From: Nitrososphaeria archaeon
GTDB lineage: Archaea > Thermoproteota > Nitrososphaeria > Nitrososphaerales > JAAOZN01
Reading direction: 5' to 3'
DNA length: 64,000 nt
Assembly (NCBI GenBank): GCA_029775855.1
Contig: JARVJZ010000004.1
Coordinates: 88,589-152,588, forward strand
In this document: positions 30,133 through 39,354 of the stretch, piece after piece
How positions within the stretch are numbered: the stretch's first letter is position 1
Layout: every line of letters begins with the position of its first letter
Notes under the pieces: model-generated
What the model was told of the DNA's origin: nothing
The model's input: only the letters and a program-made list of their open reading frames with translations
Database searches by the model: none
Translations under genes and position numbers: made by a program

Positions 30133-31005
30133 CTACTTCCTCCCTAAGATCCCATAAGGTCTGATCTGGATAGCTAAGATAGCGATGATCAACGGAATTA
30201 TTCCTCTAAGCTGGCTTCCGAAAATGTAAATCGCTGCTGTTTCAGAATATCCTAGCAGCAGTCCAGCCAATATGGCTCCAGGTATACTTCCGAGACCTCC
30301 CAGTATCGTGACTGTAAATATGGGCACAATCGGGTCTAGGATCGTTGTAGGCGTCACAACCTCAAGAGACACAAAGAGTACACCAGCCAGCGAAGCTAAT
30401 GTAGATGAAATCATCAGAGTTAGTAGATAGTACTTCTGAACACTTAAACCCAGCAACCTTAAAGCTAAAGAGTCTTGTGAAGCTGCTCTAATCGCTTTAC
30501 CCGCTCTAGTCTTTCTAAGGAATATGTGAAGCAGCAGTAGTGCTAAGACTGATGTAGGAACGAGGATGAAGCGTTGAAGAACCATATTTACTCCAAATAT
30601 TGATATATTACCCTCTACTATCGTAGGCACACCACGGGGCTGCGGAGAGAAGAGAAGCATAAAGACCTGTGTCATAGCTATCACGAGTAGGAATGTGGCT
30701 GTGATGGTGAGTTCGTGGTTTTCCATTATCGGCCTAATGAGAACGGTGAAGAGAGCAAGATCAACTAACACAGCGATAATTATTGCAAGCGGCAAAGCCA
30801 AAACTGCGCTCAACCCTACAACCCTAACTAGATAATAAAACAAGTAGGCTGAGAGTGCGTATGAAAGACCGTATGCTACATTCACTATCTTAGTAACACC
30901 GTAGAGTAATGTGAAGCCAGAAGCTATAAGTATCCAAGTTGCACTTATCGACGCGCCGAAAAGCAGATACTCAGCCAACAAAGTTGACATATTAAACTCA
31001 CCCAA
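30133..31005 (-). CDS. Branched-chain-type ABC permease (LivH-like)
   Basis: SGFTLLYGV, GKAIRAASQD, LGGLGS, RPYG. Confidence 0.88.
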   Translation of the reverse strand: MGEFNMSTLLAEYLLFGASISATWILIASGFTLLYGVTKIVNVAYGLSYALSAYLFYYLVRVVGLSAVLALPLAIIIAVLVDLALFTVLIRPIMENHELTITATFLLVIAMTQVFMLLFSPQPRGVPTIVEGNISIFGVNMVLQRFILVPTSVLALLLLHIFLRKTRAGKAIRAASQDSLALRLLGLSVQKYYLLTLMISSTLASLAGVLFVSLEVVTPTTILDPIVPIFTVTILGGLGSIPGAILAGLLLGYSETAAIYIFGSQLRGIIPLIIAILAIQIRPYGILGRK

Positions 31006-31714
31006 AATACTGGCTTATCAAGCTCTTTGAGAGCAGTATCTCACGTGATAAACCACTTAACGTAATTTCACCCCTAGTTATTAGGTAAGATCTATGGGAA
31101 TGCTCTAATGCAGCATATGCATTCTGTTCAGTAAAAAGTATGGATACCCCGCTTTCGCTTAACGCCTCCATCGTTTTAAGTAGAGAAGAGACAAGTTTAG
31201 GGGAAAGACCGGTTGAAGGCTCATCTACAAGAAGAAACTTTGGCCTAGCCATTATACCCCTAGCTATAGCCAGCATCTGTTGTTCACCTCCGCTGAGTGC
31301 TTTCGCTAACTGCTTTCTCTTCTCTTTGAGCGCTGGGAAAAGATTGTAGACTACGTCAAGAGAATCTCTATATCTTCTCCTAGCTTCCTCTAAGTATGCA
31401 CCTAACTCCAAATTCTCTTCGCAGCTCATATTAGGGAATAGTCTACGATCATCTGGAACCAAAACCACTCCTAGTTGCGCGACTCTTTCAGGCTCTTTAC
31501 GCGTGATATCTATACTGTCGATAGATACCGTTCCCTCGAATATGTCTGCTATCCCTACGATACCCTTAAGTATGGTCGTTTTACCAGCCCCATTAGGGCC
31601 GACTAAACTCACTATCTCCTGCCTTCCAACCTCTAAGGAAATGTTCTTAACAACTTTGAAGGGTTTGTAACCCGCTGTGAGGTTACTTAGCCTCAGCATA
31701 TTTGACTTCGCCAA
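30998..31714 (-). CDS. ABC ATPase (LivF-like)
   Basis: GPNGAGKTT, LSGGEQQM, EQN. Confidence 0.9.
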   Translation of the reverse strand: MAKSNMLRLSNLTAGYKPFKVVKNISLEVGRQEIVSLVGPNGAGKTTILKGIVGIADIFEGTVSIDSIDITRKEPERVAQLGVVLVPDDRRLFPNMSCEENLELGAYLEEARRRYRDSLDVVYNLFPALKEKRKQLAKALSGGEQQMLAIARGIMARPKFLLVDEPSTGLSPKLVSSLLKTMEALSESGVSILFTEQNAYAALEHSHRSYLITRGEITLSGLSREILLSKSLISQYFG

Positions 31715-32420
31715 TGTAAGATTCTATCACGTACCTATTACTTAGAACATCATTTGGGCTTCCGTCTGCTATAATCGCGCCCTTATTTAAGACGACAACG
31801 CGTGGGCAAAGATTTATGATAGTTGGAAGGACGTGGTCTACTACAATTAGTGTCCTTTGTTTTGTGTGGAAGCTCCTTATTAGATTCAACATGTTTTCAC
31901 GTTCATCATCAGATAGACCAGCTGTAACCTCATCGAATAACGCTACTTTGGCGTCTGAGACAAGTATCCTAGCTAATTCGAGCTTCTTTAAACCGGCTGC
32001 AGGTAGCAAAGTTGGGTACTGATCAAGACGATCACCTAACCCGATCCGCTCAAGAACCTTTATGCATTTAGCTTTTGCTTTATTTAAATCTATGTTGGAG
32101 TCTTCGAATAGAAGTGAAACTAATACGTTTTCTAACACTGTGAGGTTTTTAGCAGGTTTAGGTATTTGGAAAGTTCTTGCGACGCCTAATCTGCGTATCA
32201 TATGAGGCTTCAGCCTAAGGATATCAACCCCATCTAGTATCACTTTTCCAGCATCAGGCTTTAGGAAGCCTGAGACTATGTTTAGAAGGGTGGTTTTGCC
32301 TGCCCCGTTAGGTCCTATTATGCCTAAAATGTCCCCTTCGTTCAAGCTGAAGGAGACGTTATCAAGTACTTTGTTGCTACCGAAGCTTTTGTTCACACCT
32401 TCTACTGTGAGATGTGGCAG
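31683..32420 (-). CDS. ABC ATPase (LivG-like)
   Basis: GPNGAGKTT, RTFQ. The frame extends upstream of the tracked GTG (32396) as LPHLTVEGVNKSFG from a CTG at 32420, 8 nt after GAGGTG, so a CTG start is possible. Confidence 0.88.
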   Translation of the reverse strand: MPHLTVEGVNKSFGSNKVLDNVSFSLNEGDILGIIGPNGAGKTTLLNIVSGFLKPDAGKVILDGVDILRLKPHMIRRLGVARTFQIPKPAKNLTVLENVLVSLLFEDSNIDLNKAKAKCIKVLERIGLGDRLDQYPTLLPAAGLKKLELARILVSDAKVALFDEVTAGLSDDERENMLNLIRSFHTKQRTLIVVDHVLPTIINLCPRVVVLNKGAIIADGSPNDVLSNRYVIESYIGEVKYAEAK

Positions 32421-32454
32421 TGTTGATGCACCTCGTTTCGGTAGGTTTAGTTGT

Positions 32455-33732
32455 TTATAGTTTTATCCAGCTTGGTAAAATCAGTTCTGCGGTCTTGAAG
32501 CGGTCTGGTGATACTGTCTCTAACCTATCTTTGTATCCGTATGCGGCGAGCTGCCACTGGTTTACGAAGGGGTAGAAGTTGGGGGGTTCCCTTACGACGT
32601 CGTGCCGTTGGTTATATCTGTATGTGCCTAACGCGCCTTCAACTTGTATTCCTTCTAAAGCTTTAACTATATCTTCGGCCTTTGTTGAACCCGCTTTCTC
32701 TATCGCAGCTGCAAGCACCATAAATGTATCGTATCCTTCAAATGAGCCTCGTGGTAGCCTACCGCCAGCTTTACTCAATATAGCATCTCTAACTTCTGGT
32801 GTCTTTCTTGTCATATTGCTGTTGTAGTTGTAGTCTCCAACGAGGATCTCTGAGTGGCAAGCCCCTTCTGTCCACTTTGGGTAATCTGTGTCGCTACCAA
32901 CCCAGTCTCCAAAACCTATTATGTAAGGCGGTTTGAGAGTTGACCACTGCTTGAGTATAGTAACGTTTTCAGCGACTATGTGATTGTTGAACATGAGCAT
33001 CTGGGTAGCTGCTGAAGCAGCCTTAGAGAGTTCTACGGAGAAGTCTTTGGTCCCGATTGGGAAGATGCTTTCATAAACTATTTTGAAAGGTTCTTTGAGT
33101 TCGGAATTTATCCTTTTTATCCCCTCGGTGATCTGTTTCGCGTAAAGCTGGTCGCTAGTTAATATGGAAACATTATTCCAACTGGTCTTCTCTCTAATGA
33201 ACTTGAGAGCCTCTACAACTAACTCAGAGTAGTGTGGTGTTGTTCCGATTCCTGTATGGAAGTAGTATTTGTATCTGTTGTAGTTCTTTTCAACATTATC
33301 TACAAGTGAATAGCTCGAAACGTAGGTGGAGAGGAAAGGAAGCTTGTTATCAGCCACTACTTCTTGAACCGGCAGCACAACTATTGTGCTTAAACCTCCG
33401 ACCGCTGCTACTACGCCTTCGTTTACAAGCCTCGTCATCGCGTTGACCCCTTCGGTTGCTTGATTCTTATCGTCTCCGTAGATTAGTTCTATAGGCCTGC
33501 CGAGTATGCCTCCCTTCTTCTCTAACTCTTCTTTTGCAACTTCAACGCCTATCTTAAGGGCTTCCCCTAATACAGCAATTGGTCCTGAGAAGTCTGCAAG
33601 CACACCTATTTTAACCGCCTCTTTCTTCTGTGTGGTGCCTAGATAAATGTAGGCAGCGTAGCCTGCTGCTGCAGCGGCAGCAATGCCAGCTGTGGCATAA
33701 ATGAATCTTCTTCTACTCACTTTGCTGCTCAT
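32455..33732 (-). CDS. ABC substrate-binding protein with Tat signal
   Basis: SRRRFI twin-arginine leader; GGILGRPIEL, GSTKAEDIVKALE. Confidence 0.88.
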   Translation of the reverse strand: MSSKVSRRRFIYATAGIAAAAAAGYAAYIYLGTTQKKEAVKIGVLADFSGPIAVLGEALKIGVEVAKEELEKKGGILGRPIELIYGDDKNQATEGVNAMTRLVNEGVVAAVGGLSTIVVLPVQEVVADNKLPFLSTYVSSYSLVDNVEKNYNRYKYYFHTGIGTTPHYSELVVEALKFIREKTSWNNVSILTSDQLYAKQITEGIKRINSELKEPFKIVYESIFPIGTKDFSVELSKAASAATQMLMFNNHIVAENVTILKQWSTLKPPYIIGFGDWVGSDTDYPKWTEGACHSEILVGDYNYNSNMTRKTPEVRDAILSKAGGRLPRGSFEGYDTFMVLAAAIEKAGSTKAEDIVKALEGIQVEGALGTYRYNQRHDVVREPPNFYPFVNQWQLAAYGYKDRLETVSPDRFKTAELILPSWIKL

Positions 33733-33753
33733 ATCGCTTATCCTCCTTTCTTA

Positions 33754-34746
33754 CTAGAAGCTGGGCAGTATCTCTTTAGCAACCTTTTCAACCATCTCCT
33801 TTTGCTTAGTAGTAGTCATTCTAAGTGTGATGACTTTTGCACCAGCATTTACGTACTCTTCTAGCCTCTTGATGCATTTTTCGCGGTTGCCTAGGGCTAC
33901 CCAAGAGTTTATTACTTGTGGGCCGAAGTTTGTCATGTAGTATCGGTCAAGGAAGTCTTTTGACTCTTTGAATGCCTTCTCCTCATCCTCTTCTAGATTT
34001 ATGTTGTAGTAGAGTGACTTTTCTAACGTATTTGGGTCTTTACCTATCTTTAGAGCTTCCTCTTTTATTACTCCTAACCCGTGCTTGAATTGTTCTGGTG
34101 TTACGAGTGTGGTCATCCAGCCATCAGCTATTCGTGCTACTCTGTTGAGTCCTCTTCTGATCTGTGCATCTGGTGGGTTAAATGGGTATGGGTTGCTTAC
34201 AAGCCATATCGGCGGCCTAGGCTTCTGATATGGCTTTGGCTCTAGGGTTGCATCCTTTAGCTTGTAGAATTTGCCATCGTAGTTTACTTTGTCTTTAGTC
34301 CATAGTGCCTTTATGATTTCAATGTTCTCTTCAAGTATCTTAGCCCTCTTACCGTAATCAATACCTAAATTATTAAACTCGGTCTGGAAGTCGCCGCCAG
34401 CTTCCCTACTACCACCACCCATGCACGCTACAAGAATCGTGCGCCCCTTAGAAATCTGGTCTAGTGTAGCCCAGGTGTAAGCTGTGAGAACTGGGTGCCT
34501 AAGGGGGAAGCTAGCCATGCAAGCAACACCTAACTTAACCACTTTCGTTCTCGACGCAACGGCTGCAAGCACTGTTGTAGATTCAAAGCGTGGCTTAGCC
34601 ATTATGCTGTCACCAACCCATACTGAGTCGAAGCCACCTTCCTCACCTATCTCCGCTAGGGTTATTAGAAGGTCTGGCGTTATTTTATCTGGGTATATTA
34701 GTGGACCTCTATTTGGTAGTGTTAAGCCGAACTTTACTTTACTCAA
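33754..34746 (-). CDS. LLM-class flavin/F420-dependent oxidoreductase
   Basis: GFDSVWVGDS, LRHPV, PKPYQKPRPPIW, ADGW. Confidence 0.88.
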   Translation of the reverse strand: MSKVKFGLTLPNRGPLIYPDKITPDLLITLAEIGEEGGFDSVWVGDSIMAKPRFESTTVLAAVASRTKVVKLGVACMASFPLRHPVLTAYTWATLDQISKGRTILVACMGGGSREAGGDFQTEFNNLGIDYGKRAKILEENIEIIKALWTKDKVNYDGKFYKLKDATLEPKPYQKPRPPIWLVSNPYPFNPPDAQIRRGLNRVARIADGWMTTLVTPEQFKHGLGVIKEEALKIGKDPNTLEKSLYYNINLEEDEEKAFKESKDFLDRYYMTNFGPQVINSWVALGNREKCIKRLEEYVNAGAKVITLRMTTTKQKEMVEKVAKEILPSF

Positions 34747-34866
34747 GTTAATAGCACTTATAATAACGCCGTTATATAAAGTTTATGCATCAAATATTAA
34801 GCTACACTAAAACCAATCAACACTATCGCAACGTCGGTTTAAGCGACACAGAGCAGCTAAACTTTA

Positions 34867-35004
34867 TCTTAAACCAAATCGAAGGGGAGAATAGCCGGGA
34901 TCGCCTAGCCTGGTAGGGCGCAGGCCTGCTAAGTCTGTGACCCGTATGGGTCTCGTGGGTTCAAATCCCACTCCCGGCGCCACCTCATATGATTTGGTTT
35001 AAGA
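34867..35004. repeat. 14-bp perfect inverted repeat flanking tRNA-Ser(GCT)
   Basis: TCTTAAACCAAATC (34867-34880) and GATTTGGTTTAAGA (34991-35004). Confidence 0.85.
34894..34982 (+). tRNA. tRNA-Ser(GCT), encoded CCA
   Basis: Acceptor GCCGGGA/TCCCGGC, anticodon arm CAGGC-CTGCTAA-GTCTG, long variable arm, TTCAAAT T-loop. Confidence 0.95.
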
Positions 35005-35526
35005 AGCTGTTTAGTTTAGAAGATTTGATGTTTTGACCTCCGACTTTTCGGTTAACTATAGATCTTGACTGGTATCTGATTGGTGTCTGCTCTATTAGCA
35101 TGAAGTTCAAGATCTAGAAGGATAGCGCTGCAGGGTATGCTTAGTGCTTGGTGGGCTGGCTCTTATGGGGCTAGGTAGTGTTATGGTGCCTCCTTGCAAC
35201 ATTGAAGGCGATCAAATTACTTATCTACTGCTCATCTGTGGTGACAGATGTTCCTGCAACTGCTTCACGCTTTGTCTACGGGACGGTATCGACTTCTAAG
35301 ATTGGAGGCGGTGAATGAAGGCTTGTTCTTAGTAAAAGGTGACCCTATAGCTGCGCCATCAAATACTTCCTTTACCTTGAATCTCCTGAGTATGTGTTAA
35401 CTGCTAGAAATGCGAATTCATCTCATTGACGATAATATCAAAGACCTCAAAGCCATTCATTTGATAAAGCTTAATGTCCTATCTATAGAGTTTATTTAAC
35501 CCTTCGATCTAATCTTTTCTAGCAGC

Positions 35527-36465
35527 TTGGAGCTAAAGTGTAGGGTCTGTGGAACCAGTTCTGACGAGGAGGACATATTTTGTAGAAGTTGTAGAGTTAG
35601 GCTTCTTCAAAGTAGAAGGTATGACGTTAACAGATTGGACTACGCTTACGCAGCTGATTTAGAGAAGCTTGCACTGCTCAAGGAGCTGGCTACCCCAGCT
35701 GCCTTAATCAAAGCTTTCTACCTTAAAAAGGCTGTCTCTATGCTCGTAAAGGAGGTCTCTGACAGAAGCGCCTTGGTTGAGCGAGGTTCTAAGCTTGGTT
35801 GGATGCTTATCAAATGTGCAGATACATTATGCCTAAAGTATCTGCCTGAGATGTATGTAGATGGTTATGTCGGCTTCAACGCATACTCTTTCGGCTTCGA
35901 CGAAAAGCCTTACGTTGTATTAGGGGAAAGGCTGCTTAAAGTTCTTACAGAAGAGGAGATGACCGCGTTAATAGCTCACGAGCTTGGGCATATAGGATGT
36001 GGGCATATGCTCTACCATACCTTAGCAGAGTTCATCGTTCAAGGCGTAGGCTGGTCAGCGTCAACAATAGGCATACCGCTCTTAGAGACGCCTCTTAGAT
36101 TAGCGCTGCTCAGCTGGAGGCGTGAGTCTGAGGTCAGCGCTGATAGAGCCAGCCTACTAGTAGCTGGGAGTGTAGAGGCTGTTAAATCCCTTCTACTGAA
36201 GCTCACAACCCTTAACAAAGAAGTCAGCTGCGGTGATGGAGTTCTTGGGAGCTTGAGTGAGGTTGTTAGCAGCCATCCGCTTGTAGCCAGAAGAATAGCG
36301 TTGTTAGAAGAGTATTATAAAAGTGTTGGATACGCTAAGGCTAGGAGTAAGATCTCTAAAAGAAACTTGGTGCGCCGAGCCTTTGTGCCAATATGTAGGT
36401 TCTGTGGAGCAAAGAAGCCTCCTAGCTCACTCTTCTGTAGCAGCTGCGGTAGGAGCTGCGTGTGA
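35527..36465 (+). CDS. M48 family zinc metallopeptidase with terminal zinc ribbons
   Basis: AHELGH, ESEVSADR, SHP...RI; CxxC pairs at both ends. Confidence 0.88.
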   Translation: MELKCRVCGTSSDEEDIFCRSCRVRLLQSRRYDVNRLDYAYAADLEKLALLKELATPAALIKAFYLKKAVSMLVKEVSDRSALVERGSKLGWMLIKCADTLCLKYLPEMYVDGYVGFNAYSFGFDEKPYVVLGERLLKVLTEEEMTALIAHELGHIGCGHMLYHTLAEFIVQGVGWSASTIGIPLLETPLRLALLSWRRESEVSADRASLLVAGSVEAVKSLLLKLTTLNKEVSCGDGVLGSLSEVVSSHPLVARRIALLEEYYKSVGYAKARSKISKRNLVRRAFVPICRFCGAKKPPSSLFCSSCGRSCV

Positions 36466-36587
36466 GTGTAAATTGATTTGGCACTCTGGTTTAGGTATCA
36501 AAATAGGTTAATGCGCTTAATGTAGTTCACTTTTCACCGTCGCATTTGTCTGATAATCTTTATAACCTATTAAACTTACCACTATAA

Positions 36588-38216
36588 GTGGTTAAGATGG
36601 CTCTAATAGAAATTAAGGAAGCCGAAGCTAAGCTTCATGAAGAAATTATCAGAAGGACACAGAGCCTATGCCCAGAATGCAACCGTATACTAGACGCCGA
36701 AATCCTAGAGAGAGACTCAAAGATATATCTGCGGAAAATCTGCCCAGAGCACGGTGAAGTAGAAGAACTCTACTACGGCTCAGCCGAACTATACAAGAAG
36801 TTCAGCACCTATTGGCGTGATGGAAAAGGGATACAAAATCCCAATGTTCCCGTGGACTCCTGTGCCTGCCCAATGAATTGCGGGCTATGCACAAACCACT
36901 TAAGCCACACAGGTTTAGCGAATATAATAATCACGAACAGATGTGACTTAACTTGCTGGTACTGCTTCTTCTACGTTAAGAAGGGGTTAGAGGGCGCATA
37001 CGTGTATGAACCTACATTGGAGCAGATAAGATCTATGGTCAGAACCTTAAGGGCTGAAAGACCTGTCGCAGGTAACTCCATACAGTTAACCGGCGGAGAG
37101 CCGACGCTGAGGGACGACTTGATAGAGATCATCAAGATGATAAAGGAGGAGGGTGTAGATCACGTGCAGCTAAACACGAATGGAATAAACCTAGCTTTAG
37201 ACCCTCAGCTCGCCTACAAGATCAAGGAGGCTGGTGTAAGCAACCTCTACATGAGCTTCGACGGTGTGACAGCAAGAACGAACCCTAAGAATCATTGGGA
37301 AGCACCTTACGCCATAGAGAACTGCAGAAGGGCTGGCGTCGGCGTAGTCTTAGTGCCTACTGTAATCAAGGGGATGAATGACCATGAGCTAGGAGCGATA
37401 ATAAGATATGCTCAAAAAAACATTGATGTGGTTAGAGCGGTGAACTTCCAACCCGTCTCACTGACAGGTAGGATGGCTAAGCAAGACAGAGAGAAGTATA
37501 GGATAACGATACCAGACTGCATAAAGGCTATCGAAGAACAGACTAACGGCGAAGTCCCAACAGAAGCTTGGTTCCCGGTGCCCAGCTGCTCACCATTAAC
37601 CAACTTCATCGAGGTGTTGACAAATAAACCGAAGTATGAGTTATCGATACATTTTGCCTGCGGCGCAGGAACCTATGTCTTCACAGACGAAGAAGGGAGG
37701 CTTATACCGATAACGAGCTTCGTAGATGTAAGGGGATTAATCGAATACTTGGAGGAGAAAACAGAGGAGTTAAAGAGCGGTGAAAACAGATACAAAGTGA
37801 TGGCTCATATGCTTCTAAAGCTTGGGTCATTTATAGATAAAGCTAAGCAGCCTAAGGGACTCAACCTAACAAAGATGCTACTCAAAATCATCTTAAGGCA
37901 CGACTACTCATCTGTTGGGGAGTGGCACAGGAGAAGCCTCTTCCTAGGTATGATGCACTTCCAGGACAAGTATAACCACGATGCTGAGAGGGTTCAGCGC
38001 TGTGACATACATTACCTTACACCAGACTTGAGGATAATACCGTTCTGCTCATTCAACGTGATACCTGAGTGGTATAGAGACAGGATTCAGAAGAAGTACG
38101 GCATACCAGTAGAAGAATGGGAGAAGATACACGGTCAAAAAATAGAAGACAAGCTCTACAAAGGCACGCTACGAAAGGGTGAGAAAGCCGCATATAGCTG
38201 CGGCCAGTGCCTATAA
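36588..38216 (+). CDS. tes: Radical SAM tetraether lipid synthase (Tes / GDGT-MAS family)
   Basis: SLCPEC..CPEHG, CPMNCGLC..H, NRCDLTCWYC, MHFQD.YN.D.ERVQRC.IHY, IIPFC. Confidence 0.85.
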   Translation: MVKMALIEIKEAEAKLHEEIIRRTQSLCPECNRILDAEILERDSKIYLRKICPEHGEVEELYYGSAELYKKFSTYWRDGKGIQNPNVPVDSCACPMNCGLCTNHLSHTGLANIIITNRCDLTCWYCFFYVKKGLEGAYVYEPTLEQIRSMVRTLRAERPVAGNSIQLTGGEPTLRDDLIEIIKMIKEEGVDHVQLNTNGINLALDPQLAYKIKEAGVSNLYMSFDGVTARTNPKNHWEAPYAIENCRRAGVGVVLVPTVIKGMNDHELGAIIRYAQKNIDVVRAVNFQPVSLTGRMAKQDREKYRITIPDCIKAIEEQTNGEVPTEAWFPVPSCSPLTNFIEVLTNKPKYELSIHFACGAGTYVFTDEEGRLIPITSFVDVRGLIEYLEEKTEELKSGENRYKVMAHMLLKLGSFIDKAKQPKGLNLTKMLLKIILRHDYSSVGEWHRRSLFLGMMHFQDKYNHDAERVQRCDIHYLTPDLRIIPFCSFNVIPEWYRDRIQKKYGIPVEEWEKIHGQKIEDKLYKGTLRKGEKAAYSCGQCL

Positions 38217-38794
38217 CGTGGTCTAATGTGAGCGTAATTAAGGTAAAAGAGGAAGGATGCAAAACTCGCATAGAGGGCTTAGGGTTAAAGCCTCAGAGCT
38301 CAGAAATATTGTTAGATGAGGTATTAAGGCTTAAAGTAAGCTACAGAATCGTTGGCGAGTTAAGAGATGTCTTAACCCAGAAGAGCATCGAAGAAGCATA
38401 CAAAAAACACGATGTGAACTTCAGACTCACGTCAACGGTCAACCTACTTAAGCAAACAGCGCCATTCATCTATAGGCGAGTCAAAGCGATTAAACTTGCT
38501 AGAAAGGCGATATTTTACTGGAGCAGAGATAGTAGCGTGGAGAGCAGAATAAGGATTATGGTTGTGAATGAAAACGGCAACCCATCAATCGTAGAGCAGA
38601 TAGAGCAGCTAAATGAAAAACTGTTTGACTACACCATAAAAATAACCCTACTTGGAAGAGACTTGGGTATAGGAGAGCATAAATTAGCCGCTAAAGTAAG
38701 GGTTAAGTGGGGTTCTCACACCTTCATAAATAAAGGAAAAGCAGAATCAACCTCAGAAAAATTAAAGATCTTGATTAAACCCACGTCTCATTAA
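38207..38794 (+). CDS. Hypothetical protein
   Basis: 195-aa ORF overlapping the end of tes. Confidence 0.7.
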   Translation: MPITWSNVSVIKVKEEGCKTRIEGLGLKPQSSEILLDEVLRLKVSYRIVGELRDVLTQKSIEEAYKKHDVNFRLTSTVNLLKQTAPFIYRRVKAIKLARKAIFYWSRDSSVESRIRIMVVNENGNPSIVEQIEQLNEKLFDYTIKITLLGRDLGIGEHKLAAKVRVKWGSHTFINKGKAESTSEKLKILIKPTSH

Positions 38795-38824
38795 CATGTT
38801 GCTGTAGATGCATGACTTCAATCT

Positions 38825-39005
38825 ACAGATCGATACTTTAATGTGATGGTTAGACAGTTTGTATACAAATCAAGTAAAATCGTCATAAACCAAAGGGATA
38901 CGGGTTACAATTAGGCTTAAATCGGCAGACGTTACTCACGGATTCTACATAGCTGAGTTAGGTATCAATGAAACAGTCTCTTTTTGCGAAGAAACAACAC
39001 AATAA
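38825..39005 (+). pseudogene. Frameshifted cupredoxin-domain (COX2-like) remnant
   Basis: TDRYFNVMVRQFVYKSSKIVINQRDT, then a one-base shift near 38903, then VTIRLKSADVTHGFYIAELGINETV, then a stop at 39005. Confidence 0.7.
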
Positions 39006-39188
39006 TGCTTGGATATAGAAGACTGAAGCGTTTATCTGATCTGTGTGTTAAATCATATAGGCTTCGACTTTCTTTAGTGAAGCTTTGGTTGACGAGCTTT
39101 AAAACAAATGCTTTCCTACACGAGAAAAATATGTATAGTAGAAGTTAACTACCTTTAGTAAGAAGGCGAATGGTACAAAGTTGCCGCT

Positions 39189-39354
39189 GGGGACGTAGTC
39201 TAGCAAGGTTCCTGTTGAGCCCTGGAGAGGTAGGACGACAGGCTCCAGAGGTTTAGTGCTATAGGTTCGCTGACAGTGTTGGATGATGTACCCTTTGGAG
39301 CTAGGGTGAGGGGGAACCTGTAGGCCGTGGGTTCAAGTCCCACCGTCCCCACCA
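39189..39354 (+). tRNA. tRNA-Trp(CCA) with a D-loop intron and a 37/38 intron (39249-39315); encoded CCA
   Basis: Acceptor GGGGACG/CGTCCCC; anticodon arm ACAGG-CTCCAG..A-CCTGT; about 22-24 extra nt in the D-loop; T-arm GTGGG-TTCAAGT-CCCAC. Confidence 0.9.
39249..39315 (+). ncRNA. Intron-encoded box C/D guide RNA of pre-tRNA-Trp
   Basis: Guide TAGGTTC (39262-68) plus CTGA (39270-73) pairs with GAACCTG, with N+5 at C39. ATGATG box at 39283-88. Guide CCTTTGGAG pairs with CTCCAGAGG. Confidence 0.75.

Noticed and set aside
35026-35526. About 500-bp ORF-free region after tRNA-Ser(GCT)
   Set aside because: It may be decayed cargo, but I found no recognisable peptide, repeat or RNA structure.
36588-38216. 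Radical SAM gene as a novel system
   Set aside because: Its motifs fit the characterised tetraether synthase family, which is housekeeping.
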